Shown: piece after piece, positions 55,129-63,043 of the stretch
Layout of the letters: every line of letters starts with the position of its first letter
How positions within the stretch are numbered: position 1 is the stretch's first letter
IMG/VR virus record: IMGVR_UViG_3300011115_000716
Coordinates: 26,053-90,052 of that record
Direction: 5' to 3' (one strand)
Length of the DNA: 64,000 bases
Origin: a virus
Translations under genes and position numbers: made by a program
The notes under the pieces: generated by a model
What the model was told of the DNA's origin: nothing
Databases searched by the model: none
The model's input: only the letters and a program-made list of their open reading frames with translations

Positions 55129-57171
55129 ATGATAAATTTTTCATTTAAATTAGCAGATGAGTTCGTAGCGGGGTATAAAAACAAAAAAGCACCATTTGGT
55201 TACGCAGACGTTGCCGGGAATTCAGTAGGAGAAATTACATTCCTACGTACATATAGTCGTTTGAAAGAAGATGGCACCAAGGAAACCTGGGCGGATGTTT
55301 GCGAGCGTGTTATTAACGGTATGTATTCATTACAGAAAGACCACGCAAAGCAGAACCGTTTGCCATGGAGCGACGCAAAAGCTGCGGCGTCAGCCAAAGA
55401 AGCGTATGACCGTTTATTTAATTTAAAGTGGACACCGCCAGGGCGTGGGTTGTGGGTAATGGGTACTGATATTGTAAATGAGCAGAAGAATTCAGCAGCG
55501 TTGCAGAATTGCGCGTTCGTTAGTACCAACGAGATGACCAAGAACAATCCGTCAAAGCCATTTGGATTCCTGATGGAAGCCTCAATGTTGGGCGTAGGCG
55601 TAGGGTTTGATGATAAAGGCGCTGATAAAGGGTTTGATATATATGAGCCAGGAGCAGTTCAGGAGTATTTGATTCCAGATACCCGCGAAGGCTGGGCAGA
55701 ATCTACAATGGCGTTGATTAATTCATATCTAAAGGTAGACCAGCCAAAATATGAGTTTAATTATGATGATATTAGACCATATGGAGCAGTTATTAAGACG
55801 TTTGGAGGAACAGCGTCAGGCCCGGAACCGTTGGTTAAGTTGCATGAGAACATTAAAAAGATGTTTGATGGCCGTAAAGGCGATAAATTAACACGCGTTG
55901 ATATTGCTGATATCGGTAATATGATTGGTGTTTGTGTGGTTTCCGGGAATGTTCGCCGTTCAGCTGAGCTGTTAATTGGGCGTATTGATGATGAGGATTT
56001 CCTGAACCTAAAGAATGCAGACAAATTCCCTGGGCGTAATTCATATGACCCTGAGAATCCAGGCTGGGCATGGATGAGTAATAACTCTGTAGATGTTTGT
56101 GTTGGGACGGATTTTGGACCTATTGTTGATGGGATTGTACGCAACGGAGAACCCGGCGTTATATGGATGGACGTAAGCCGTAAATACGGACGTCTTGTTG
56201 ATGCGCCTAATAATAAAGATAGGCGTGTAGTGGGCTACAACCCTTGTGCAGAGCAGAGCCTTGAAAGTTTTGAGATGTGTACTCTAGTAGAAACTTACTT
56301 GAATCGCCACGAATCCCTTGAGGACTTCAAGCGTACATTAAAGTTTGCTTATTTATATGCAAAGACTGTGACACTACTCCCAACACATTGGGAGGAGACC
56401 AATGCCATTATGCAGCGGAATCGTCGCATTGGTACGTCTGTCTCTGGTGTGGCTAACTTTGCTGATAACAAGGGTATGCAAACCCTACGTGAGTGGATGG
56501 ATGAAGGCTACAAGACTGTACGCGACTACGACATCTCTTACTCAGAGTGGCTAGGTATTCGCGAGTCTATTAAGATGACTACTGTAAAGCCGTCAGGCAC
56601 TGTGTCTATTTTGGCTGGAGAATCTCCAGGTGTTCACTGGCCTAGTGGTGGTAAGCATTTTTTACGTGCTATTCGTTTTGGAAACAACGACCCTATGTTG
56701 CCGTTGTTTAAGATGGCTAACTATCGTATAGAGCCAGCTAGCGAATCACCAGAGACTACGTCTGTTGTGTTCTTCCCTATTAAGACTGACGCTAAGCGCA
56801 GTGAAAAGGAAGTGTCTATCTACGAAAAGGTTAACCTAGCTGTGACTGCTCAACGCTGGTGGTCAGACAACTCTGTGTCTGTAACAGTAACCTTTGATGC
56901 TGAAAAAGAAAAGAATGATGTTGGCACCGTACTACATATGTACGATGGTCAGCTAAAGACTGTAAGCTTCCTCCCTATGGGTAACCATGTGTACCCACAG
57001 ATGCCATATACTCAGATAACTGAGGAGGAGTACGACCAGTATGCGTTGCAACTATTTGCAATTGACTTTGCTGGGGTGTATGCTGGTATGGCAGCAGATG
57101 CTGTTGGTGAGGCTTATTGCACCACCGATGCATGTGAAGTAAAACTAATAACAGAAAACAATAAGGAGTAA
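55129..57171 (+). CDS. nrdJ: class II (AdoCbl-dependent) monomeric ribonucleoside-triphosphate reductase
   Basis: 'RTYSR', 'PPGRGLW', 'NCAF', 'GNVRRSA', 'NPCAEQ', 'TVKPSGT', C-terminal CxxxxC. Confidence 0.95.
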   Translation: MINFSFKLADEFVAGYKNKKAPFGYADVAGNSVGEITFLRTYSRLKEDGTKETWADVCERVINGMYSLQKDHAKQNRLPWSDAKAAASAKEAYDRLFNLKWTPPGRGLWVMGTDIVNEQKNSAALQNCAFVSTNEMTKNNPSKPFGFLMEASMLGVGVGFDDKGADKGFDIYEPGAVQEYLIPDTREGWAESTMALINSYLKVDQPKYEFNYDDIRPYGAVIKTFGGTASGPEPLVKLHENIKKMFDGRKGDKLTRVDIADIGNMIGVCVVSGNVRRSAELLIGRIDDEDFLNLKNADKFPGRNSYDPENPGWAWMSNNSVDVCVGTDFGPIVDGIVRNGEPGVIWMDVSRKYGRLVDAPNNKDRRVVGYNPCAEQSLESFEMCTLVETYLNRHESLEDFKRTLKFAYLYAKTVTLLPTHWEETNAIMQRNRRIGTSVSGVANFADNKGMQTLREWMDEGYKTVRDYDISYSEWLGIRESIKMTTVKPSGTVSILAGESPGVHWPSGGKHFLRAIRFGNNDPMLPLFKMANYRIEPASESPETTSVVFFPIKTDAKRSEKEVSIYEKVNLAVTAQRWWSDNSVSVTVTFDAEKEKNDVGTVLHMYDGQLKTVSFLPMGNHVYPQMPYTQITEEEYDQYALQLFAIDFAGVYAGMAADAVGEAYCTTDACEVKLITENNKE

Positions 57172-57173
57172 TA

Positions 57174-57341
57174 ATGTTCGGCAAACTAAAGAAGGTACTT
57201 GCACAGATTGAAACTATCTGGGCTTATATTGATGACCACAAGGACGATATTGCTCAGCTCCAGAAGGAGCTTGCAGCAACTCAGAAGACCTTGAAGGCTT
57301 TAACTGCAACTAAGGCTACAGTTAAGAAGACTACTAAGTAG
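57174..57341 (+). CDS. small coiled-coil protein (55 aa)
   Basis: MFGKLKKVLAQIETIW...KKTTK; AAGGAG SD. Confidence 0.65.
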   Translation: MFGKLKKVLAQIETIWAYIDDHKDDIAQLQKELAATQKTLKALTATKATVKKTTK

Positions 57342-57349
57342 TTAAAAGT

Positions 57350-57392
57350 AATAAGGCCCCCCGCATATAATGGCAGGGGGCCTTATTTATTT
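57350..57392. terminator. bidirectional terminator between the convergent genome arms
   Basis: AATAAGGCCCCC.GC-loop-GC.GGGGGCCTTATT with A/T-rich flanks. Confidence 0.85.
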
Positions 57393-57423
57393 GGTCAATG
57401 GTTCTGGTTTGTGTGTGTGTGTT

Positions 57424-57690
57424 TTACTTGCTAGTTACTTGAATAACTAACTCTTTTTTAGCCCTAGGATTATTCTTAACCCTAACGCGTTCAGCCATCG
57501 TAGTGCCTCCCCAAACACCGAACTCATCGTTCTTAAAAGCGTATGTTAAACACTGCATAACTACTGGGCATATACCGCAATAGCTTTTAGCTTCAGCAAC
57601 TTTATCTATTTCTTTTGCATCAGCAAAGAATATCTCTGGGTTAGCAGTTTTACACGCTGCTTGGTCCATATCAATATCATCTATTTCCAT
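57424..57690 (-). CDS. whiB: WhiB-family transcription regulator (second copy)
   Basis: 'AAC....PEIFF...AK.YC..CPV...CL.YA.....GVWGG'. Confidence 0.92.
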   Translation of the reverse strand: MEIDDIDMDQAACKTANPEIFFADAKEIDKVAEAKSYCGICPVVMQCLTYAFKNDEFGVWGGTTMAERVRVKNNPRAKKELVIQVTSK

Positions 57691-57691
57691 T

Positions 57692-57910
57692 TTATTTTCT
57701 CCTGTTCTTTTTAATAAGGTCTATACCATTGGCACGCAAATCACGTTTAATATTTTCTAGTGCCCTGTTATCTGATGGAGTTGAGGATATAAACACGATG
57801 TTTCCATTAGAACAAATTACTTTATAATGGTTGTTACGTGCTCGTAAAACTTGGCCTCCTTGGTTTTCTACTTGTTTAAACAAGGACCGTAGTTCTTTCA
57901 TTGATGACAT
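57692..57910 (-). CDS. HicA-like (dsRBD-fold) protein
   Basis: 'ELRSL.K.VE.QG..V.R.RNNHYKV....G..V.IS.TPSD.RA..N..RDL'; GGAGG SD. Confidence 0.7.
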   Translation of the reverse strand: MSSMKELRSLFKQVENQGGQVLRARNNHYKVICSNGNIVFISSTPSDNRALENIKRDLRANGIDLIKKNRRK

Positions 57911-58454
57911 CTTTACCTCCTTTAATTGGCCACACATAGTCATAAGATTCAGGTGCAACACCCCTATCTTCTGGCCAGTTGAATTGGTTATAATGCTCAT
58001 AGTGTTTAAATAGTAATGCTTGACGATGACTAGTTGCCATGGCGTCAAACATTTCTTGGTCACGCATCCAACTAGGGATTGCCTTACCAAGCTTGTCATT
58101 GTCTTTTGCTTTCATAGCTGTTGAAAGTGTTTTGACAGCAAGTGTAGTTTTAAACCCACGAGCCTTCCATTCGTTAATCATTGCTTGAATATAAAAATAC
58201 AATACTAACTCTGAACCACGCCACATCTTAACTGCAGGGTGGCTAGACCACCCTGCAGGTTTACGATAGTTGCCTTGTGGGTCAAGTTCTGTAAGATTCA
58301 TAAGAATCTGCCAACCTTCAAGAGCTTGTTTAAATAGGCGTTTGTTATCTAACTGACGAGCAATGTCTGCTCCCCATTTATTAAGGTCGTTTAACGCTTG
58401 AGTAGTGTTTAACTCAGAGTTAATCGTTATCGATATCGGCAAAAACGTCTGCAT
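57876..58454 (-). CDS. pyrimidine-dimer DNA glycosylase / MSMEG_6728-like
   Basis: 'MQTFLP', 'LD.KRL.KQ..E..QI', 'GW..HPAV.MW.G', 'SHR..LL.K', 'Y.WP'. Confidence 0.85.
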   Translation of the reverse strand: MQTFLPISITINSELNTTQALNDLNKWGADIARQLDNKRLFKQALEGWQILMNLTELDPQGNYRKPAGWSSHPAVKMWRGSELVLYFYIQAMINEWKARGFKTTLAVKTLSTAMKAKDNDKLGKAIPSWMRDQEMFDAMATSHRQALLFKHYEHYNQFNWPEDRGVAPESYDYVWPIKGGKDVINERTTVLV

Positions 58455-58662
58455 ATGTTTCCTCTGTTAGTAGGCCAATGTCCTGTAGTATTAATGCAAT
58501 AGTAGTTTCGCTAAACTCGTTCTCACGAAGGATAGGGACTAGCTTGTCTACTACTGACAGGCGCTTGTACTTTAAGCCAAGAGTGAACGCTTCTTCCATT
58601 GTTCCACGCACTGTGTTCAATAGCTTGTCTGTTGCATCGTTGATGATTGTTTCTTTTTCCAT
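58420..58662 (-). CDS. hypothetical protein
   Basis: AAGGAGAAACAAATG start. Confidence 0.7.
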   Translation of the reverse strand: MEKETIINDATDKLLNTVRGTMEEAFTLGLKYKRLSVVDKLVPILRENEFSETTIALILQDIGLLTEETYADVFADIDND

Positions 58663-58672
58663 TTGTTTCTCC

Positions 58673-58891
58673 TTATTTGTTTTCGCATTGTTGTATTGCT
58701 AGTGATTCTGTTGGCCATTTGTCCCAACAGGTTTCTGGTTTGTTTTTAGTGCACTCACTAATACTATGAGTACCCTGTAAATCCTGGTACTCAATAGTAG
58801 AGCAAGTATAGTTTTGATGCCAGTAAAGATATCCTATACCTAACGTCAGACATAATAAAGAAATTAATAGTAACTTTAGTTCTTTACTCAT
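58673..58891 (-). CDS. small membrane-anchored/exported protein with four Cys in the soluble part
   Basis: MSKELKLLLISLLCLTLGIGYLYW...; start at 58891 preferred. Confidence 0.6.
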   Translation of the reverse strand: MSKELKLLLISLLCLTLGIGYLYWHQNYTCSTIEYQDLQGTHSISECTKNKPETCWDKWPTESLAIQQCENK

Positions 58892-59093
58892 TGTCAGGCT
58901 CTGGTTCCCAACTGTAGTCAGGCTCGTCAGGTTCACACCCTCCATCGCATACGCCTTTACCATCGCAGTACTCACACTTAATATCATCAAGTGTGCCTAC
59001 ACCATCACATTCATCACACTCGTGTTCACAAGCTTCAGATTGGTTTGTGTAGGGCGCTTCTAGCCACGCGTCATACCCAGGTAATGATTCCAT
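58884..59093 (-). CDS. acidic DnaJ-type zinc-finger peptide
   Basis: CDECDGVG...CEYCDGKG. Confidence 0.7.
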   Translation of the reverse strand: MESLPGYDAWLEAPYTNQSEACEHECDECDGVGTLDDIKCEYCDGKGVCDGGCEPDEPDYSWEPEPDNE

Positions 59094-59096
59094 TGT

Positions 59097-59258
59097 TTAT
59101 TCTCCTTCTTCTTCGTTTAGACTAAGCCAGTCATTAAATGTAACACGATAGGCTATAGGGTCACACTCTTTTAATATTTTAGAGGGGGATAGTATGAGCC
59201 CTACAATTTCATAGGGCTCATACATTTCGTCTAAGAGTTCATCAAACTCTTCTTCCAT
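59097..59258 (-). CDS. small acidic protein (53 aa)
   Basis: MEEEFDELLDEMY...PSKILKECDPIAY...; GGAGG SD; below the ORF-track cutoff. Confidence 0.65.
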   Translation of the reverse strand: MEEEFDELLDEMYEPYEIVGLILSPSKILKECDPIAYRVTFNDWLSLNEEEGE

Positions 59259-59434
59259 TAGTTTTCCTCCTCATCGTATCTTGCATCTGCAAGTTTGATT
59301 AGCATATCAGCAATTGCTTCTGCTTGGTCTTTTGTTTTGTCGAACATATTTTCAGCTGGTACTCTAGATTCCAACATCGATATATAGTCAACAATACTGT
59401 CTACAGTATCAATTGATAATTTAATTTTACTCAT
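59258..59434 (-). CDS. small acidic protein (58 aa)
   Basis: MSKIKLSIDTVDSIVDYI...; TAATG-coupled. Confidence 0.6.
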   Translation of the reverse strand: MSKIKLSIDTVDSIVDYISMLESRVPAENMFDKTKDQAEAIADMLIKLADARYDEEEN

Positions 59435-59625
59435 TACATTCCTCCTAACTTAATATCTAAGTCGATGCCTTTATCGCCATCGACATCCATTGCTACCCAG
59501 CCTTCATAAAACATAGCTGGACGTAAGACATTCTTACTGATTAGGTACTCAATAATTCTGTCTTGTTCGTGTTGTGCCCCTAAGTGGTAGTCACCACTGC
59601 GGACTGTACCATCATTTGTTTCCAT
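59434..59625 (-). CDS. hypothetical protein
   Basis: TAATG-coupled ORF. Confidence 0.65.
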   Translation of the reverse strand: METNDGTVRSGDYHLGAQHEQDRIIEYLISKNVLRPAMFYEGWVAMDVDGDKGIDLDIKLGGM

Positions 59626-59789
59626 TAGTTTTCCTCTAGTTGTTCTACTTCATAGTTTTCTAGTACATCATTGATTGCATCTTCTAAAGAGTTATAGAAA
59701 AGGTGTAGTTCAAGTTCATCCATATGATTCACTTGTAGTTCACGTAGGTTCATACTCCATACGATTTCTCCGTGCTCGTGTTGGTTCAT
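59625..59789 (-). CDS. small acidic protein
   Basis: MNQHEHGEIV...; TAATG-coupled. Confidence 0.6.
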   Translation of the reverse strand: MNQHEHGEIVWSMNLRELQVNHMDELELHLFYNSLEDAINDVLENYEVEQLEEN

Positions 59790-60001
59790 TAGTTGATTCC
59801 TTTCTTTGCTTTGTAATCTTCTACGATATGCCATAGTTCCATATCAAGGTACTCTGCTACAGCATCTTCAATACTGTCGCAGATGTCTTCCCACTCACTA
59901 TCTGTTAGTCGGTGGGCTAGTGTGTCATCAATATAAGACTCAAAGTTTTCTTTATCGATTAACATTGTTTCCATTGCTTTTCTTATGTGTTGCTCAGCCA
60001 T
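59789..60001 (-). CDS. small acidic protein
   Basis: MAEQHIRKAMETMLIDK... Confidence 0.6.
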   Translation of the reverse strand: MAEQHIRKAMETMLIDKENFESYIDDTLAHRLTDSEWEDICDSIEDAVAEYLDMELWHIVEDYKAKKGIN

Positions 60002-60171
60002 GGCTCTTCTACTTCCTCTTCGTGTGCTGTTACTGGTGATTCCCAATCGTGGTCATCATTAATCCATTCGTTTGCTTCTTCTTCTGTATCAAACGTAGGG
60101 GCCCAGTTAACTGGTACCCAACCATAGCCTGAGCCATAGTCTACGTATACTCTCCATATTGTTTTACTCAT
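59983..60171 (-). CDS. small acidic protein
   Basis: AAGGAAAAACAAATG start; 'FDTEEEANEW'. Confidence 0.65.
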   Translation of the reverse strand: MSKTIWRVYVDYGSGYGWVPVNWAPTFDTEEEANEWINDDHDWESPVTAHEEEVEEPWLSNT

Positions 60172-60361
60172 TTGTTTTTCCTTTGTTTAGTATTTCTAGT
60201 GCGGTAATGTTGTCATCCCAATTTGTAGGTTCCCATGTGTAGGTATCCGTGTCCCAAGTGCCTTCATCTTTTCCAAATCTGGCAGTAAATGTGTCATCAT
60301 CTACCCACCACTCTTTAGTAGCTAGGTCTACAACGACAACAAAGTGAACTTGCTTACTCAT
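60164..60361 (-). CDS. small Trp-rich acidic protein
   Basis: AAGGAGTAACAAATG start. Confidence 0.65.
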   Translation of the reverse strand: MSKQVHFVVVVDLATKEWWVDDDTFTARFGKDEGTWDTDTYTWEPTNWDDNITALEILNKGKTNE

Positions 60362-60546
60362 TTGTTACTCCTTTTGTTTTTAATAATTACCTTTACTTCA
60401 AGCTCATAGAATCTTTCTACAAGTTCTAATGCTGTCTCCCAATAACCCAAGTCAATACCTGTGTCATTGTGAGTGGCTACCAGTTCTTCTGCCAAACGTT
60501 CGGCTAGTTCTTCTAGTGTTAAGTGCTTTACATATTTTTCGGCCAT
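60358..60546 (-). CDS. small acidic protein
   Basis: AAGGAGAAACAAATG start. Confidence 0.65.
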   Translation of the reverse strand: MAEKYVKHLTLEELAERLAEELVATHNDTGIDLGYWETALELVERFYELEVKVIIKNKRSNK

Positions 60547-60556
60547 TTGTTTCTCC

Positions 60557-61021
60557 TTATATTAGTGTTAGTGTTAGTGTTGTTGCGAATGTTGCTAGAA
60601 TTACTGGCCCTAGTGGTATTGCTGTAGGTAGTTTTTTCTTTAGGAACATGGTAAGTATTGTTACTACAAACCCAACTGCTATTGATATAGGCATTAGTAA
60701 TACTGCACCTAACATCGTAAACCAACTAAGCATCATAGTTAATGCTACTAGTAGTTTTACATCTCCCATACCAACCCATTGGAAATAGTTAGCGGCTAGT
60801 CCTAGTACTAGCATTGCAAAGCCTAGCCCTACGGAGATACCCAGGGACGCCCAGGCTCCTGTCCATATTGCTAGTGTTAGTTGTGATAAGAAAGTAATTG
60901 CTATCATAGGCAAGACAATCTTGTTAGGAAGTCTGTGCTGTTTAATATCAATTACCATTAGTGGTACTGCTGTTGCTGCTATGTACGCTACTGGTAGCAT
61001 ACTGATTAGTTGTTGTATCAT
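60557..61021 (-). CDS. A24 (type IV/Flp) prepilin peptidase
   Basis: 'IDIKQHRLPN', 'GMGDVKL', 'IPLGP'; multi-TM; both catalytic Asp present. Confidence 0.85.
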   Translation of the reverse strand: MIQQLISMLPVAYIAATAVPLMVIDIKQHRLPNKIVLPMIAITFLSQLTLAIWTGAWASLGISVGLGFAMLVLGLAANYFQWVGMGDVKLLVALTMMLSWFTMLGAVLLMPISIAVGFVVTILTMFLKKKLPTAIPLGPVILATFATTLTLTLI

Positions 61022-61023
61022 TT

Positions 61024-61215
61024 TTATTCCTCCTCTTCTTCTTTTTGTTCTTCTACCCAGGTATCATCCTGCCATTCGAATGAACCATTAACTTCATAGC
61101 CTCCGCCATCCATAAGCTCAGCCATACCTAGTTCTAATGCTTCATCTTCATTATTTGCATCAACAATAACTTCATAGTATGTTACTCCTGCTTGCTGTAC
61201 TTTATATGTTGCCAT
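61024..61215 (-). CDS. small acidic protein (Y-x-V...V-x-A-x-x-x-x-E-A family)
   Basis: MATYKVQ...VIVDANNEDEALE. Confidence 0.65.
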   Translation of the reverse strand: MATYKVQQAGVTYYEVIVDANNEDEALELGMAELMDGGGYEVNGSFEWQDDTWVEEQKEEEEE

Positions 61216-61216
61216 T

Positions 61217-61402
61217 TTATTCTCCTTGTATTAGTCGGATGAGGTCTTCAGTGTTTACTACACGAGAGCCATCATCTGTTTTTGATATTGATGTCCAAGC
61301 AATATTGCTGAGTAATTCAATGATTCTTTCATACTCTGCCATTTGCCCTTGTTGATACCAGTGGCGTCTTACCACTAATAGTTTTGCTTTTGCTACATTC
61401 AT
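61217..61402 (-). CDS. hypothetical protein
   Basis: ORF; 'G..AEYERIIELL'. Confidence 0.6.
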   Translation of the reverse strand: MNVAKAKLLVVRRHWYQQGQMAEYERIIELLSNIAWTSISKTDDGSRVVNTEDLIRLIQGE

Positions 61403-61494
61403 TTCTTATCCTTTCTGATAAGTATTCCTTGTAGTGTTGCTAGTCGCATTATAATACGACTGATTAACCTGATTAGATATAGACGTATCATCAT
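61399..61494 (-). CDS. 31-aa amphipathic basic peptide
   Basis: MMIRLYLIRLISRIIMRLATLQGILIRKDKK; ATGA overlaps at both ends. Confidence 0.45.
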   Translation of the reverse strand: MMIRLYLIRLISRIIMRLATLQGILIRKDKK

Positions 61495-61706
61495 TCTTCT
61501 TCCTCACATTCGCATTCATCATCAGGGTTGTCACACTCTTCACAGTGTGGCAATTCTTCAACTTTAATCTCTTCAACACTTTCGTATTGTAATGGAGCAT
61601 TATCGTCATAGTAAGATACCCAAGCAAGTTGCTCGGCTTCTTGTTCGCTGTTTGCTTCAAGCTCTCCTGAATAGTTAACTTGAATAGTTACATAATATTT
61701 ACGCAT
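61491..61706 (-). CDS. small acidic protein with a C-terminal Cys cluster
   Basis: MRKYYVTI...LEANSEQEAE...CEEC.....CEC. Confidence 0.65.
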   Translation of the reverse strand: MRKYYVTIQVNYSGELEANSEQEAEQLAWVSYYDDNAPLQYESVEEIKVEELPHCEECDNPDDECECEEEE

Positions 61707-61840
61707 TAGTATTCCTCCAACTCATATACTTCGGTACAGTTAGGGCAAAGGTTGTCGCCCATAACTTTTGTTCCTTCGGATAACTCATACTCTTTACCAC
61801 ACCAATCACATTTAGTAGGCTCCATATATTTGTCTTCCAT
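61706..61840 (-). CDS. zinc-ribbon peptide (44 aa)
   Basis: CDWC...CPNC; AAGGAGAAACAAATG start at 61840. Confidence 0.65.
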   Translation of the reverse strand: MEDKYMEPTKCDWCGKEYELSEGTKVMGDNLCPNCTEVYELEEY

Positions 61841-61850
61841 TTGTTTCTCC

Positions 61851-61988
61851 TTATCTATCTTCGTGACCACAGAACACTTGACCGCATTCTGGACACATTT
61901 GGTTTTCGCAGTTATGGCACATTTCCCACTTATCAATTTGTGATTGAGTTGTAGGCTCATCACATTGCGGGCAATATATCATTGTCAT
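61851..61988 (-). CDS. Cys-rich peptide (45 aa)
   Basis: MTMIYCPQC...CHNC....CPEC....CGH; TAATG-coupled. Confidence 0.6.
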   Translation of the reverse strand: MTMIYCPQCDEPTTQSQIDKWEMCHNCENQMCPECGQVFCGHEDR

Positions 61989-62161
61989 TAGTTAACCTCT
62001 TCATAAGTAATTTTTCCATCTACATACTCTATGTTTTCTTCAGGGATAATATTAGGCAATACAGGGTTTTCATACCCATCAGTAATGGTTTGCCTAACTT
62101 CATCAAGGTTGTCTATTTCTACTAGGTATCTAGCAGTAATAGTTATTTCATATTTACTCAT
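61988..62161 (-). CDS. small acidic protein (57 aa)
   Basis: MSKYEITITARYLVEIDNLDEV...; AAGGAGAAACAAATG start. Confidence 0.65.
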   Translation of the reverse strand: MSKYEITITARYLVEIDNLDEVRQTITDGYENPVLPNIIPEENIEYVDGKITYEEVN

Positions 62162-62294
62162 TTGTTTCTCCTTCTTGTTTGTGGCAATTACAGTAGCAAT
62201 ACCACACCTTATCGTACCAGCGGATTACTGTACGACATTTTTCGTGAGTACCTGTATGACAATACCCACAGATTCTAGTTGTATCTTCTGACAT
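62154..62294 (-). CDS. zinc-finger peptide (46 aa)
   Basis: MSEDTTRICGYCHTGTHEKC...CYCNCH; TAATG-coupled. Confidence 0.6.
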   Translation of the reverse strand: MSEDTTRICGYCHTGTHEKCRTVIRWYDKVWYCYCNCHKQEGETNE

Positions 62295-62614
62295 TACGCT
62301 CCTAGGTTAACTACTACGTAACCTTCCTTAGTCAACTCTTCTTCAAGAGTTCCATCAAGGAACGTGCCTAGCCCTTTAGATACAGCAATACCTTCACCCA
62401 AATCAAAAGCAGGCAGAATCATTGTTTTGCGTTCATTGCCTTGAACTTGGTCATAATCTGATACATCTTCTCCATACATTTGAATAAGGTTTAAGAAGTT
62501 TTGTCCAGTAGTTACGGCTATTACTGCTGCACCATAGTACTCAGGTGTCATTTGGTACATTTGCATTGGTGCTTCAGACATTTCTGTCATTAGACGTGCA
62601 ATTTTTGTTTCCAT
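62294..62614 (-). CDS. hypothetical protein
   Basis: AAGGAG SD. Confidence 0.7.
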   Translation of the reverse strand: METKIARLMTEMSEAPMQMYQMTPEYYGAAVIAVTTGQNFLNLIQMYGEDVSDYDQVQGNERKTMILPAFDLGEGIAVSKGLGTFLDGTLEEELTKEGYVVVNLGA

Positions 62615-62979
62615 TACTGTTTCTCCTTTTTGTCGATTGCTTGTTGAATACCATCTTGAATTAATACCATAACATCTTGTATTGATTTATCAGATAGACC
62701 AGTTGTGTTACCTTCTTCATCTGCTCCACCAGTAATGATTACATCTCCCATAACTACATCAAAGTTAGGGAAGACTTTATTCCATATGATAGTGGCTATT
62801 ACATTCGGCTCAAGTCCAATTAACTTACCTTCTTCATTGAGCCACATATCAATATCTTCATTGATACTAACCAACTCAATCATTCCGTTTACTGCTGTTG
62901 ATAGAGTTTCATACTCAATAGACTCTACTTCTTTAATCTCCACTGTATTATCAGTTCGGATTGATATTACTTTTTCCAT
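62614..62979 (-). CDS. DUF3846-family protein
   Basis: 'L..AV.G.IE.V', 'W.NEEGKL..L..N..AT', 'D...GD..ITG..D..G...GL'. Confidence 0.8.
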   Translation of the reverse strand: MEKVISIRTDNTVEIKEVESIEYETLSTAVNGMIELVSINEDIDMWLNEEGKLIGLEPNVIATIIWNKVFPNFDVVMGDVIITGGADEEGNTTGLSDKSIQDVMVLIQDGIQQAIDKKEKQ

Positions 62980-63043
62980 TTGTATTGCTCCTATTGTTTG
63001 TGTTGGCACGCCTGCCTTTATGCTGACGTGTTATTGCTACTCA

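Noticed and set aside
52240-56190. Explaining the CTT desert as Leu-codon (tRNA) bias or whole-mRNA RNase avoidance
   Set aside because: The depletion covers all frames and intergenic DNA and ends within nrdJ, so codon or transcript-level explanations fit poorly, though they are not formally excluded.
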